A DNA stretch of 44,983 bases from NCBI GenBank assembly GCA_018623275.1, contig JAAZVU010000001.1, positions 1 to 44,983 on the forward strand, written 5' to 3'. Made by a program: the position numbers and the translations under genes. Positions within the stretch are counted from its first letter, which is position 1; each line of letters opens with the position of its first letter. The notes beneath the pieces were generated by a model. That model was not told the origin of the DNA. It ran no database searches and saw nothing but the letters and a program-made list of their open reading frames with translations. Of this stretch, positions 36,407-44,983 are shown piece after piece. The DNA comes from Flavobacteriales bacterium. Lineage in GTDB: Bacteria; Bacteroidota; Bacteroidia; Flavobacteriales; Schleiferiaceae.

Positions 36407-37981
36407 ATGGATCATAACCAAAAACCGAAAAAGGGGCTTGCAGGACTTAAAGCGCATTTTAAAGAGGATCTCTCTTCAGGATTTAGTGTCTCATTGATTG
36501 CATTACCACTTTGTTTGGGAATTGCTATCGCTTCCGGAGTACCGCCACTTGCTGGTTTAATCACAGCAATCGTTGGAGGGCTCATCGGTTCAAGAATATC
36601 AGGGACATTTGTTACCATTTCTGGACCTGCAGCGGGCCTCATTGTTGTTATTTTAGGAGCTGCAGAAGGTCTTGGTGGCGCTGGAGTTGAAACTGGATAC
36701 GCAGGTTACCCCCACACGCTAGGGGCGATTGTAGTGGCCGGAGCCATCATGGCACTCTTTGGTCTATTGAAAGTTGGCAAGGTTGGAGACTTCTTTCCTT
36801 CAGCAGCCGTACACGGAATGCTTGCTGCTATTGGTGTAATTATCATGATCAAACAGTTTTTTCCAGCCATAGGGGTTCAGCCGGAAAAAGCGAGCATTCT
36901 TGAAACCGCCACTCAAATACCAAATGCACTGCTTCAAACAAACAGTTACGCAGCCCTTATTGCGGTTACGACTGTACTCATATTGATTGCACATCCAAAA
37001 ATAAATTGGAAACCTGTTCAGGCGGTACCTGCACCTATGTGGGTGATGATTATTACCATAAGTTTGGCGCAATATTTTGGTTCCGACAAACTGGCCTTGG
37101 TTCAAATGCCCAAAGATTTATTTGGCAGTGACGGTTTTACCTTACCCAGTTTTTCAAAAATTGGAGAAGGCGCATTTTGGTCTGCGGTAATAGGCATCGC
37201 TTTGGTGGCCGCCATTGAAAGCTTATTGAGTGCAAAGGCAGTGGATGCTCTGGACCCTTACCAACGAAAATCTGATCTAGATAAAGACTTACTGGCAATG
37301 GGTTCAAGCTCTTCTATTGCAGCGCTCATTGGAGGTTTACCTATGATTAGTGAAATTGTCCGTTCGTCAGCCAACGTGAATAATGGCGGTAAAACACAAT
37401 GGGCCAATTTCTTTCACGGTGCATTTCTTCTTGTCTTTCTTTTAATAGCGAGTTCAATCATCGAGCTCATACCATTATCTGCACTAGCCGCAATGCTGGT
37501 CTTCACAGGATTCCGATTGGCTTCACCAAAGGAGTTTGTTCATATGTACAAGATTGGCCCTACTGAGATTATCGTTTTCTCAATCACCCTCATCGCCGTA
37601 CTTGCCACTGATCTAATCATTGGTATTGCTGTGGGTATTTTATTTAACTACCTGTTATTCATTACAGGTAAGGTTAGCGTCACGAAACTGTTCAGCACGA
37701 ACATTACCAGAGAAGAAAACGTACTTCATTTGGAAGGAGCCTATACTTTTTCTAATTACTTAAGCTTGAAAAAGCAGTTAGACACAGCACTGTCTGAGGC
37801 CGAGCACATAGTATTAGACGTTTCAAAGACTTCATTCCTTGACCACACTACCATAGCCCATCTAGAGACTTTGAGAAAAACTGTTGCCGTTGAGAACAAA
37901 AAATTAGAGCTTGTTGGAATGGAAGAATTACTCCCTGCTACGGCTCATTCGCAATCTCAACGCAGCAGAAAAAATGGGTAA
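36407..37981 (+). CDS. SulP-family anion transporter with C-terminal STAS domain
   Basis: 524 aa. Multi-TM Sulfate_transp core (GFSVSLIALPLCLGIAIASGVPP...) and a STAS-like tail (LHLEGAYTFSNYLSLKKQL...VLDVSKTSFLDHTT). Confidence 0.92.
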   Translation: MDHNQKPKKGLAGLKAHFKEDLSSGFSVSLIALPLCLGIAIASGVPPLAGLITAIVGGLIGSRISGTFVTISGPAAGLIVVILGAAEGLGGAGVETGYAGYPHTLGAIVVAGAIMALFGLLKVGKVGDFFPSAAVHGMLAAIGVIIMIKQFFPAIGVQPEKASILETATQIPNALLQTNSYAALIAVTTVLILIAHPKINWKPVQAVPAPMWVMIITISLAQYFGSDKLALVQMPKDLFGSDGFTLPSFSKIGEGAFWSAVIGIALVAAIESLLSAKAVDALDPYQRKSDLDKDLLAMGSSSSIAALIGGLPMISEIVRSSANVNNGGKTQWANFFHGAFLLVFLLIASSIIELIPLSALAAMLVFTGFRLASPKEFVHMYKIGPTEIIVFSITLIAVLATDLIIGIAVGILFNYLLFITGKVSVTKLFSTNITREENVLHLEGAYTFSNYLSLKKQLDTALSEAEHIVLDVSKTSFLDHTTIAHLETLRKTVAVENKKLELVGMEELLPATAHSQSQRSRKNG

Positions 37982-39152
37982 GTATCTGCTCATGTCTCTA
38001 GGCTCCCGTGGAGATATGGAGCCGTTCTTAGCTAAAGGGGAAGAGCTTATTGAGCAGGGACATGAAGTGGCTTTTTGTATGCCGGCTCAATTCGAGAGCT
38101 TATCTAAAGAAGTAAGCCCGAATTTCTATCCCATGACTGCAGATTTCCTCGCATTAATGGATGATCCAGAAGTTAAAAAAATTACCGGGCAGATTGGCTC
38201 AGGTTGGAGTCGACTAAAGACTATCATTAAGCTTTTGAGTTCCACCAAACCCATCCAACAACAGCTCATTAGAGACCAGCAAGAAGCGCATAAGTCTTTC
38301 AAGGCTGATGAAATCATCTACCACATAAAATGCGTGTACCCTGTAATCGCGGCGCTTCGATTCAATGCTAAGGTTTCATTATTGAGCCCTGTTCCTTGCT
38401 TACTACATCCAGTGGATCACGAGCCTGCTATTGGTTTTGGCAAACCAAAGTATCCTTGGTGGAATAGATTGACGTACTCGATTGCGAATTATGCGCTCAT
38501 TAACCAAGCATTACTTGGCTACGGCAATCCTGTGTTGAAAGAATGGAATGAAAGACCTTTAGAGAAGAAAGAGGTAAGATCTTTTCTTTTGGAAGAATTA
38601 CCCATTGAATTTGCCATCTCTGAAGAGCTATTCCCACGTCCGCAGAACTGGCCTAAACAGGTTATCGTAACACAGTTTCGAGAACGCAATAAAACCAAGC
38701 AATGGAAACCGTCTGATGAGTTATTGACATTCCTTGAAAATAACCCTGAACCATTATATGTAGGATTTGGATCCATGATCAATGGTAAACCAAAGGAGGT
38801 AGGACGCATAATTATCGAAACCTGCAGTGAGCTTAATCAACCTGTCTTGATCAACACTAGCTGGGGTGGGATTGAGTTAGATGAGCTGTTACCGGACCAT
38901 GTTTTCGCGGTAAGTAATATTCCTTACGATTGGTTATTCGGCAAAGTCAAGGCTGTTGTCCATCATGGCGGCTCTGGAACAACCCACAGTGCATTGCGAT
39001 TCAAAAAGCAGCAACTCATCATCCCGCATATTGCCGATCAATACCTGTGGAACCGGTTGATTCATAAAGCTGGGTACGGCCCGATAGGCTTCCCTATCAA
39101 GGAATTCAACAAAAGTAGATTCAAACAATCTCTTCAAGAACTGTTGTCATAA
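37974..39152 (+). CDS. GT1-family (UDP-glycosyltransferase / MGT / sterol- or carotenoid-glucosyltransferase-like) glycosyltransferase
   Basis: N-terminus MGKYLLMSLGSRGDMEPFL. C-terminal nucleotide-sugar motif HHGGSGTTHSAL...IIPHIADQYLWN. ATG 37974 overlaps the SulP stop by 8 nt. I rejected the track start at 37911. Confidence 0.8.
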   Translation: MGKYLLMSLGSRGDMEPFLAKGEELIEQGHEVAFCMPAQFESLSKEVSPNFYPMTADFLALMDDPEVKKITGQIGSGWSRLKTIIKLLSSTKPIQQQLIRDQQEAHKSFKADEIIYHIKCVYPVIAALRFNAKVSLLSPVPCLLHPVDHEPAIGFGKPKYPWWNRLTYSIANYALINQALLGYGNPVLKEWNERPLEKKEVRSFLLEELPIEFAISEELFPRPQNWPKQVIVTQFRERNKTKQWKPSDELLTFLENNPEPLYVGFGSMINGKPKEVGRIIIETCSELNQPVLINTSWGGIELDELLPDHVFAVSNIPYDWLFGKVKAVVHHGGSGTTHSALRFKKQQLIIPHIADQYLWNRLIHKAGYGPIGFPIKEFNKSRFKQSLQELLS

Positions 39153-39195
39153 GCACCTCTTATACATGTTATTTGTATAATTATTTTCTTAAATG

Positions 39196-39208
39196 ATAGT
39201 ATTACTAT
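39196..39208. promoter_or_regulatory. Perfect 13-bp palindrome ATAGTATTACTAT, candidate TetR operator
   Basis: Reverse-complement symmetric about the central T. It ends 45 nt upstream of the TetR ATG at 39254, in an AT-rich 101-bp intergenic region. Confidence 0.35.
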
Positions 39209-39253
39209 TATATTAGCATTGTCAAACAATTGCTTGGCTGTAGCTTACATACT

Positions 39254-39925
39254 ATGAACGTATTGAACATAACCGTTAGTAACAAGCTCTACCATAAGAA
39301 TCCGGAAGAAACGGATCTCGGTAAGCGAATACTGTCCAAGAGCATAGAGCTCATGGAGCAGATGGGCTATGAGCAGGTGACATTTAAGAAAATTGCTACG
39401 GCTATAGAATCCACTGAAGCCAGTGTTTACAGGTATTTCCAAAACAAACACCAACTTTTAGCGTATCTGATTAATTGGTATTGGGGCTGGCTCGAAGTGA
39501 AATTGGCCCAGGAATTTATTGTACTTAATAGTCCTGAGAACAAGCTTAAGCGTGCTATTCAGCTTCTTGTTTCACCTATGGATCAAGATGCACGTATCCC
39601 GCATATTAATGAGGCGACCCTTCAACGTATTGTCGTTGCAGAATACCCAAAGATTTATTTGACCAAGGAGGTTGATGTTGAGAACAAGGAAGGTTACTTC
39701 CACGGTTACAACCGTATTTGCGATATCTTAAGCTTAATTGCATTACAAATAAATCCAGCTTATAGATTTCCACACAGTTTGTTCTCAACCATCATTTCTG
39801 CAGCACAAAGCCAGCAGTTCTTTGTTAAACACTTACCGCGTTTATCAGATGCGAAATCAGGGTGCGAGGACATTATTGATTTTCTTACTGAATTGACTCT
39901 TAAAACCATAAAAACCGATGAATAA
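39254..39925 (+). CDS. TetR/AcrR-family transcriptional regulator
   Basis: N-terminal HTH region VTFKKIATAIESTEASVYRYFQNKHQLL. I prefer ATG 39254 to the track TTG 39230. The stop overlaps the ABC gene start by 8 nt (ATGAATAA). Confidence 0.85.
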   Translation: MNVLNITVSNKLYHKNPEETDLGKRILSKSIELMEQMGYEQVTFKKIATAIESTEASVYRYFQNKHQLLAYLINWYWGWLEVKLAQEFIVLNSPENKLKRAIQLLVSPMDQDARIPHINEATLQRIVVAEYPKIYLTKEVDVENKEGYFHGYNRICDILSLIALQINPAYRFPHSLFSTIISAAQSQQFFVKHLPRLSDAKSGCEDIIDFLTELTLKTIKTDE

Positions 39926-41558
39926 ACATCCGTTTCAGAAGCTTTTAGCGATGCTCTCCGTAGATAAGAGAGACATTCTCTATTTGTATGCTTACTCGAT
40001 ATTTTACTCGCTAGTCTCATTGACCCTACCCTTAGGTATTCAAGCTATCATTGGCCTGATCCAAGCCGGGACGGTTAGCACAAACTGGATCATCTTGAGT
40101 GCTATTGTAACTATTGGTGTTATTGCCGGAGGTATACTACAGGTGATGCAGTTAAGCATTACGGAAATCATCCAACAGCGCATTTTTGCACGCGCTGCTT
40201 TTGAATTCACTTACCGTATTCCTAGGTTCCAGAGTTCGAGCATCAGGGGCATGTATCCTCCTGAGATGATCAATAAGTTTTTTGACACTTTGAACATTCA
40301 AAAAGGTCTTCCGAAACTTTTGATGGACTTTAGTTCTTCAGCTATTCAGATCATCATAGGGTTGATCCTATTGAGTACCTATCACCCGTTCTTCATCACC
40401 TTTGGTGTTGCGCTTATTTTATTACTAACTGCCATCCTTTACTACACTGGTCCTCGTGGATTAGAGAGCAGTTTGCAAGAGAGCACCTTCAAATACAAAG
40501 TAGCTCACTGGCTTCAGGAGATTGCAAGAACCATGGACACCTTCAAGCGCGCAGGCCATACGGAATTGCCTTTGGAGAAGACTGATGGTTTGGTTCAATC
40601 GTACTTAACACACAGAAAGAAGCACTGGAAGACTCTTATTTTCCAGTTCTCGAATATTGTCGGCTTCAAAGCCCTCGTTACGCTAGGTTTGCTAGTAATC
40701 GGCGGTCTTTTGGTGATCGATAATGAGATTAATATTGGCCAATTCGTCGCCTCTGAGATCGTCATCATCCTCATTGTGAATTCTGCTGAAAAGCTGATCC
40801 TCACTATGGAGCCTATTTACGACGTATTAACTGCAGTCGAGAAAATTAGCAAGGTAACAGACATCCCATTGGAAGAAGACCAAGGTGTTATCATGTTCAA
40901 TGACATTGATACAGGTATGGGCGCGTCAATTGATCTCAAAGATGTGACCTACACTTCGCAGGACGGCAAGCTTGATATTCTGAAAAATTTGAGCGTTTCC
41001 ATTGCCAGTGGTGCCCGTGTGGTGATTACAGGACCGAATGGATCAGGTAAATCTACCCTCCTTCGCCTTCTTTCAGCACAGTATGAAGCAACAAGTGGTA
41101 CAGTAAGCTATAATGGTCAAACAGCTGGAAATTTGAATACTGCAGATTTGAGGTACAACATTGGAGATTGCTTCTTGAGCGAGTCGCTTTTTGAAGGCTC
41201 ACTTATGGAGAATATCACTTTGGGAAGACCGGAAATAGAGCTCGCTGATGTAGAATGGGCTGTGGAAGGTCTCGGATTGAAGAATTTTATCATGACACTA
41301 CCTATGGGGTATGAGACTCCAGTAGGACCAAAGGCCATTCCTCTTTCAAGCTCCTTGATTGAGCGAATATTGCTGGCTCGTGCAATTATCACACGTCCTA
41401 GATTATTGTTAGTTGATGATGTTTTCCACCTCTTTGACCCGAAGGATAGAAAAGCAATCATTGACTTTATCTGGGACGAAAAACAACCATGGACGCTCGT
41501 GGCTGCATCGAATTTAGATGTGGTATGCTCGCACAGTTCTCAAACGATTAAACTATAA
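39918..41558 (+). CDS. ABC exporter half-transporter (TMD-NBD fusion) with non-canonical nucleotide-binding domain
   Basis: 546 aa. Six predicted TM segments in residues 20-300. The NBD has an intact Walker A (GPNGSGKST), but LSSSL replaces LSGGQ, LLLVDD replaces hhhhDE, and Leu and Asn occupy the Q-loop and H-loop positions. Confidence 0.85.
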   Translation: MNKHPFQKLLAMLSVDKRDILYLYAYSIFYSLVSLTLPLGIQAIIGLIQAGTVSTNWIILSAIVTIGVIAGGILQVMQLSITEIIQQRIFARAAFEFTYRIPRFQSSSIRGMYPPEMINKFFDTLNIQKGLPKLLMDFSSSAIQIIIGLILLSTYHPFFITFGVALILLLTAILYYTGPRGLESSLQESTFKYKVAHWLQEIARTMDTFKRAGHTELPLEKTDGLVQSYLTHRKKHWKTLIFQFSNIVGFKALVTLGLLVIGGLLVIDNEINIGQFVASEIVIILIVNSAEKLILTMEPIYDVLTAVEKISKVTDIPLEEDQGVIMFNDIDTGMGASIDLKDVTYTSQDGKLDILKNLSVSIASGARVVITGPNGSGKSTLLRLLSAQYEATSGTVSYNGQTAGNLNTADLRYNIGDCFLSESLFEGSLMENITLGRPEIELADVEWAVEGLGLKNFIMTLPMGYETPVGPKAIPLSSSLIERILLARAIITRPRLLLVDDVFHLFDPKDRKAIIDFIWDEKQPWTLVAASNLDVVCSHSSQTIKL

Positions 41559-41561
41559 GCC

Positions 41562-42920
41562 ATGCTGAAATTATCTAGACAAATTATTTCAGACAGAATT
41601 GATTTAAGCCGTTACAAAAGCTTCAGTCAATTGGGTAATCCATTCATTGGGCCAAAAATCAAGCGCCGCTTCACCATCATTGCAGCGATTAGCTTATTGG
41701 CACTATTCCTTCCTTGGACGCAGAATATTCAAGGCAAGGGTCAAGTAACCATGCTCCGTCCTGAGCAGCGTCCAAGTGAAATCCAGGCACAGATTGCTGG
41801 TCAGATAGCACAGTGGTACAAGCAGGAAGGTGATATAGTTACTGCTGGAGATACCATTGCTCGTTTGCAGGAGATCAAGAGTGAATACCTAGATCCAGAG
41901 GTCATTCAGCGTACTCAAGAGCAGGTCGACGCAAAACTAGATGCGTTGGCAGGATACAATGCTAAGGTGGAGGCGCTTGAAGAATTGATACGTACGCTGC
42001 GTACTAATCAAGGTGTTAAGGCTCAAAGCTTAGAGTACAAGAGAAATGCGGCTGTCGCGGCAGCCTTCGCGGATAGTACCAACTACCATTCGCAAAAAGA
42101 AAACTTAGAGGTAGCTCAAACTCAAGCGAAGCGTTACGACCAACTTCTCGTTCAAGGATTGAAGTCGCGCACCGATGTGGAGCAGTACAGAGTTAAGCTC
42201 GCCCAACAGCAAGCCAAAACAGAGCAGGCCTTGGGTAAATGGGAATCAAGTCAGAACAAGCTTTTGGATGTGACTCTAGAGTTGGCGAATAACGCGAATG
42301 CATTTTTGGAGAAAATCAGCAAAGCACAAAGTGATCTAGCGACTGCGAAGAGCAATGCTGCGGCTGCTCAAGGTGAATTGTCCCAATACAGAAACAAACT
42401 AGCATCGCTACAGGTGCGCGCTGGATATTATTACATCATTGCACCTCAAAGCGGAAAACTGGCTAAGGTCAAAACGCAAGGTCTAGGCGAAACAGTAAAG
42501 GAGGGAACAGCGCTCGCAACGATCGTTCCTACCTCATATGAATTGGCCGTTGAGCTTTATATCAGCCCAATAGACATGCCTTTGATTCATGAGGGAAGTA
42601 AGGTGATGTTCCAATTCGACGGTTGGCCGGCTATCGTGTTCAGAGGATGGCCTGGAACGAGCTATGGAACCTTTGATGGAAAAGTTGTCGCTGTAGATCA
42701 AGTAACCAACGATAAAGGCAAGTATAGAGTCTTAGTCGCCCCTGGTGAGGATTGGCCGAAAAATTTGCGTGCAGGGACTGGTGCAAGAGGTATTGCACTG
42801 TTGAACAACGTTCCTATATGGTACGAGATCTGGCGTCAATTCAACTCTTTCCCACCTGACTATTATGAGCCTATTGTGGCGAAAGAAAAAGTAGACAAGC
42901 CAAAAATCAAGATTAAATAA
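41562..42920 (+). CDS. HlyD-family membrane fusion (periplasmic adaptor) protein
   Basis: 452 aa. N-terminal TM anchor (FTIIAAISLLALFLPW), a lipoyl-like segment, a long coiled coil (residues about 110-290) and a beta-barrel domain. It starts 3 nt after the ABC stop. Confidence 0.85.
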   Translation: MLKLSRQIISDRIDLSRYKSFSQLGNPFIGPKIKRRFTIIAAISLLALFLPWTQNIQGKGQVTMLRPEQRPSEIQAQIAGQIAQWYKQEGDIVTAGDTIARLQEIKSEYLDPEVIQRTQEQVDAKLDALAGYNAKVEALEELIRTLRTNQGVKAQSLEYKRNAAVAAAFADSTNYHSQKENLEVAQTQAKRYDQLLVQGLKSRTDVEQYRVKLAQQQAKTEQALGKWESSQNKLLDVTLELANNANAFLEKISKAQSDLATAKSNAAAAQGELSQYRNKLASLQVRAGYYYIIAPQSGKLAKVKTQGLGETVKEGTALATIVPTSYELAVELYISPIDMPLIHEGSKVMFQFDGWPAIVFRGWPGTSYGTFDGKVVAVDQVTNDKGKYRVLVAPGEDWPKNLRAGTGARGIALLNNVPIWYEIWRQFNSFPPDYYEPIVAKEKVDKPKIKIK

Positions 42921-44296
42921 TGAGAAAACTAACTGTACTCTTCTTATTGTTCTCTTGGTCTGTATTTAGCCAGAACTCACCTGAGGTCCCGGCGGAGCTT
43001 AGTGCTTCACAGTTTGTGCAGTGGGTCGATGCAAACCACCCTGTACTGGCAGCGGTACGCAATAAATTACCTATTGCAAAAGCCGAGCTGCTCAAGGCTA
43101 GAGGTGCCTTTGACCCAGCTATTGTAGGCAACTACGCGAGCAAGGAATATGATGGCGATTTGTATTATGAGATGCCCTCAGTACAATTGGCTCTTCCAAC
43201 CGCTTCGCCTATTGATTTACATGTGGATTGGAATGCCATCGACGGGATCAATACCAACCCACAAAATAAATTACCGGACGAGGGGCTCTTTGCCATTGGT
43301 GGGATGATCAATCTTGGAAATGGATTGATGACGGACGAGCGCCGCACATCACTTAGAATGGCAAAAGCTGCGGTGGACCTGACTGAAGCTGAAGCACAGT
43401 TATACCGCAACAAATTGCTAGCAAAGGCATTGAGCGATTACTGGAAGTGGTATGAAGCCTATGCAAGTCTTAAAGCTTACGAAAGTGCAGTTGCTGCAGC
43501 TCAAGAAGTTTATGATTTCACAATCAATTCCTTCAATGCAGGTGATGCAGCAGCCATCGACACCTTGGATGCACGCGCGCTACTGACCACATGGCAAACT
43601 GACTATTTCAAGGCTCGTAACAAGGCTATTTCCGCAATGTATAAGGCCAGTAACTGGCTGTGGTCGGCAGATGGCCAGCCTATGTTGTTGAATCCAGAAA
43701 GTCGTCCTGTTGAAAGGATGGAAGCACTACAAATCCAGCTTGAATTGGATCCTACGCATCCATTGTATGTGTACAATGACAATAAGGAGGAGCAATTTAG
43801 ATTGAAGCGCCAACTGGCTAGAGAATACCTTAAGCCAAAAGTGGCTGTTGGAGGTGCTGTTTTGATACCTGGTAACTTCTCAGAATTGCCAACATCAGCA
43901 GATTACGACCCGAATAACCGTGTGGTTAAAGCAAAGCTAGATATGCCTTTGTTTTTGCGTACTGGTCGCGGTTACTCGCGCAGTCAAAATCTACAATTGC
44001 AGAATTTCCAACTCGAACGTAGCGAAACGGAGAACTCGTGGAACAATGCTTTGAGTGCAGCCGCTGAGGGTATCGTTCAGTTAGAAGTTGCCCTGAATGC
44101 AAGTCTGAAAAATCAAGAAAGCCTTCGATTGCTTCTTGAGGCAGAAAAGCAGAAGCTAGAACTGGGCGATAGTGAATTGATCAAGGTCAACCTGCGTACG
44201 AGCTATTACGCTAAGGCATTGATCCAAACAGCGAATATTACCCGAGAACTAGGTGTACAAAAGGCGCTGTGGCAAGAACTCTCTGCAACCTTCTAA
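42920..44296 (+). CDS. TolC-family outer-membrane efflux protein
   Basis: 458 aa with signal peptide MRKLTVLFLLFSWSVFS and two OEP-type helical repeats. TAATG overlap with the HlyD stop. Confidence 0.85.
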   Translation: MRKLTVLFLLFSWSVFSQNSPEVPAELSASQFVQWVDANHPVLAAVRNKLPIAKAELLKARGAFDPAIVGNYASKEYDGDLYYEMPSVQLALPTASPIDLHVDWNAIDGINTNPQNKLPDEGLFAIGGMINLGNGLMTDERRTSLRMAKAAVDLTEAEAQLYRNKLLAKALSDYWKWYEAYASLKAYESAVAAAQEVYDFTINSFNAGDAAAIDTLDARALLTTWQTDYFKARNKAISAMYKASNWLWSADGQPMLLNPESRPVERMEALQIQLELDPTHPLYVYNDNKEEQFRLKRQLAREYLKPKVAVGGAVLIPGNFSELPTSADYDPNNRVVKAKLDMPLFLRTGRGYSRSQNLQLQNFQLERSETENSWNNALSAAAEGIVQLEVALNASLKNQESLRLLLEAEKQKLELGDSELIKVNLRTSYYAKALIQTANITRELGVQKALWQELSATF

Positions 44297-44361
44297 GAGT
44301 TTCCAGGTATTGTGCATAAACAGCGATTGATTATCTTCCGATAGCAAAATCGCTAACACTC

Positions 44362-44983
44362 ATGAACAAACTTTGGAACTGGTCCCTAACGGTGGCCTTA
44401 GCCGGCTTCTTGTTTGGCTTTGATACTGTTGTAATCTCTGGTGCAAATGCACCCATCAAAGAACTTTGGCAGACCTCAGCATGGTTCCACGGCGTATTCA
44501 TCATGTCTATGGCACTCTGGGGCACAGTGCTGGGCTCTTTGGCTGGAGGTATTCCTACGAAACGAATAGGACGTAAAAACACGCTCATTTGGGTAGGTGT
44601 GCTTTACCTAGTGAGCGCCTTGGGCTCAGGCTTAGCAACGGATCCCTACATGTTCTCCTTTTTCCGATTCCTTGGCGGCGTCGGCGTTGGTGCCTCTACG
44701 GTGGCTGCTCCTACCTACATCAGTGAAATTAGCACCGCTAAATCACGCGGTCGACTAGTAGCGCTGTACCAGTTCAATATTGTCTTTGGTATCCTCATCG
44801 CATTCATTTCGAATTACCTTTTGGACGGGTTTGGGGGCAGCAATGACTGGCGCTGGATGTTAGGTGTAGAAGCACTTCCAGCCGCACTGTATTGCTTACT
44901 TATTCTTGGGGTACCAAATTCCCCACGCTGGCTCATGGTTGAGCGCGGTGATGCTTCCGGAGCGCTCCAAACACTTCAATTGC
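44362..44983 (+). CDS. Sugar-porter-family MFS transporter (5' partial, runs off the window)
   Basis: Manual translation from ATG 44362 gives MNKLWNWSLTVALAGFLFGFDTVVISGA..., GRKNTL, RFLGGVGVGASTVAAPTYISEIS..SRGRL and PNSPRWL (PESPR-like). It has no stop codon within the window, so it is absent from the track. Confidence 0.88.
   Translation, partial: MNKLWNWSLTVALAGFLFGFDTVVISGANAPIKELWQTSAWFHGVFIMSMALWGTVLGSLAGGIPTKRIGRKNTLIWVGVLYLVSALGSGLATDPYMFSFFRFLGGVGVGASTVAAPTYISEISTAKSRGRLVALYQFNIVFGILIAFISNYLLDGFGGSNDWRWMLGVEALPAALYCLLILGVPNSPRWLMVERGDASGALQTLQL

Noticed and set aside
39161-39179. Inverted repeat TATACA-N7-TGTATA right after the GT1 stop, considered as a terminator.
   Set aside because: The stem is AT-only and 6 bp long, too weak for an intrinsic terminator. 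I kept it only as a possible operator-like element within the operon finding.
36132-44296. Possible genomic island integrated at the tmRNA 3' end, covering the SulP, GT1 and TetR-ABC-HlyD-TolC block.
   Set aside because: No integrase gene follows ssrA, and I could not find a direct repeat of the ssrA 3' end (gattcccgccgactccac) downstream. I cannot quantify a compositional shift by eye.
44331-44588. 85-aa minus-strand ORF at the window end.
   Set aside because: It is antisense to the sugar-porter MFS gene, whose plus-strand translation carries family motifs.

Overview
This is a 44,983-bp, densely coding chromosomal segment with about 40 genes. I assign it to phylum Bacteroidota, probably a Flavobacteriia-like organism. 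The grounds are a T9SS type-B C-terminal sorting-domain protein, a CarboxypepD_reg-type TonB-dependent receptor, TTG/TAnnTTTG promoter boxes upstream of at least 11 transcription units, and a general lack of Shine-Dalgarno sequences. Most of the window is housekeeping: queA, pyrG-yidC, rlmH-holA, nadC, carB, a DEAD-box helicase with an RGG-repeat tail, an aspartate-type aminotransferase, meaB and trkH. Two genes are missing from the ORF track: rpmH (52 aa, 24472-24630, minus strand) and a tmRNA gene (ssrA, 35734-36131, tag GEESYALAA). Several track ORFs carry artefactual N-terminal extensions, including 15933..17489 and 34473..35819 (the latter runs into ssrA). I saw no CRISPR array, transposase, integrase, phage gene, toxin-antitoxin pair or recognisable defence system, so no novel system is demonstrated here. 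Three stretches are the best candidates for undescribed biology. (i) A translationally coupled pair of two different PLP enzymes (14746-17339), one of which I cannot place in any characterised subfamily. (ii) A TetR-led ABC/HlyD/TolC export operon (39254-44296) whose single ABC half-transporter keeps Walker A but has non-canonical Q-loop, signature, Walker-B acid and H-loop residues. (iii) An AlaDH/saccharopine-dehydrogenase-like gene abutting an orphan meaB (33405-35666). All family names come from motif recognition by eye and need profile or database confirmation.
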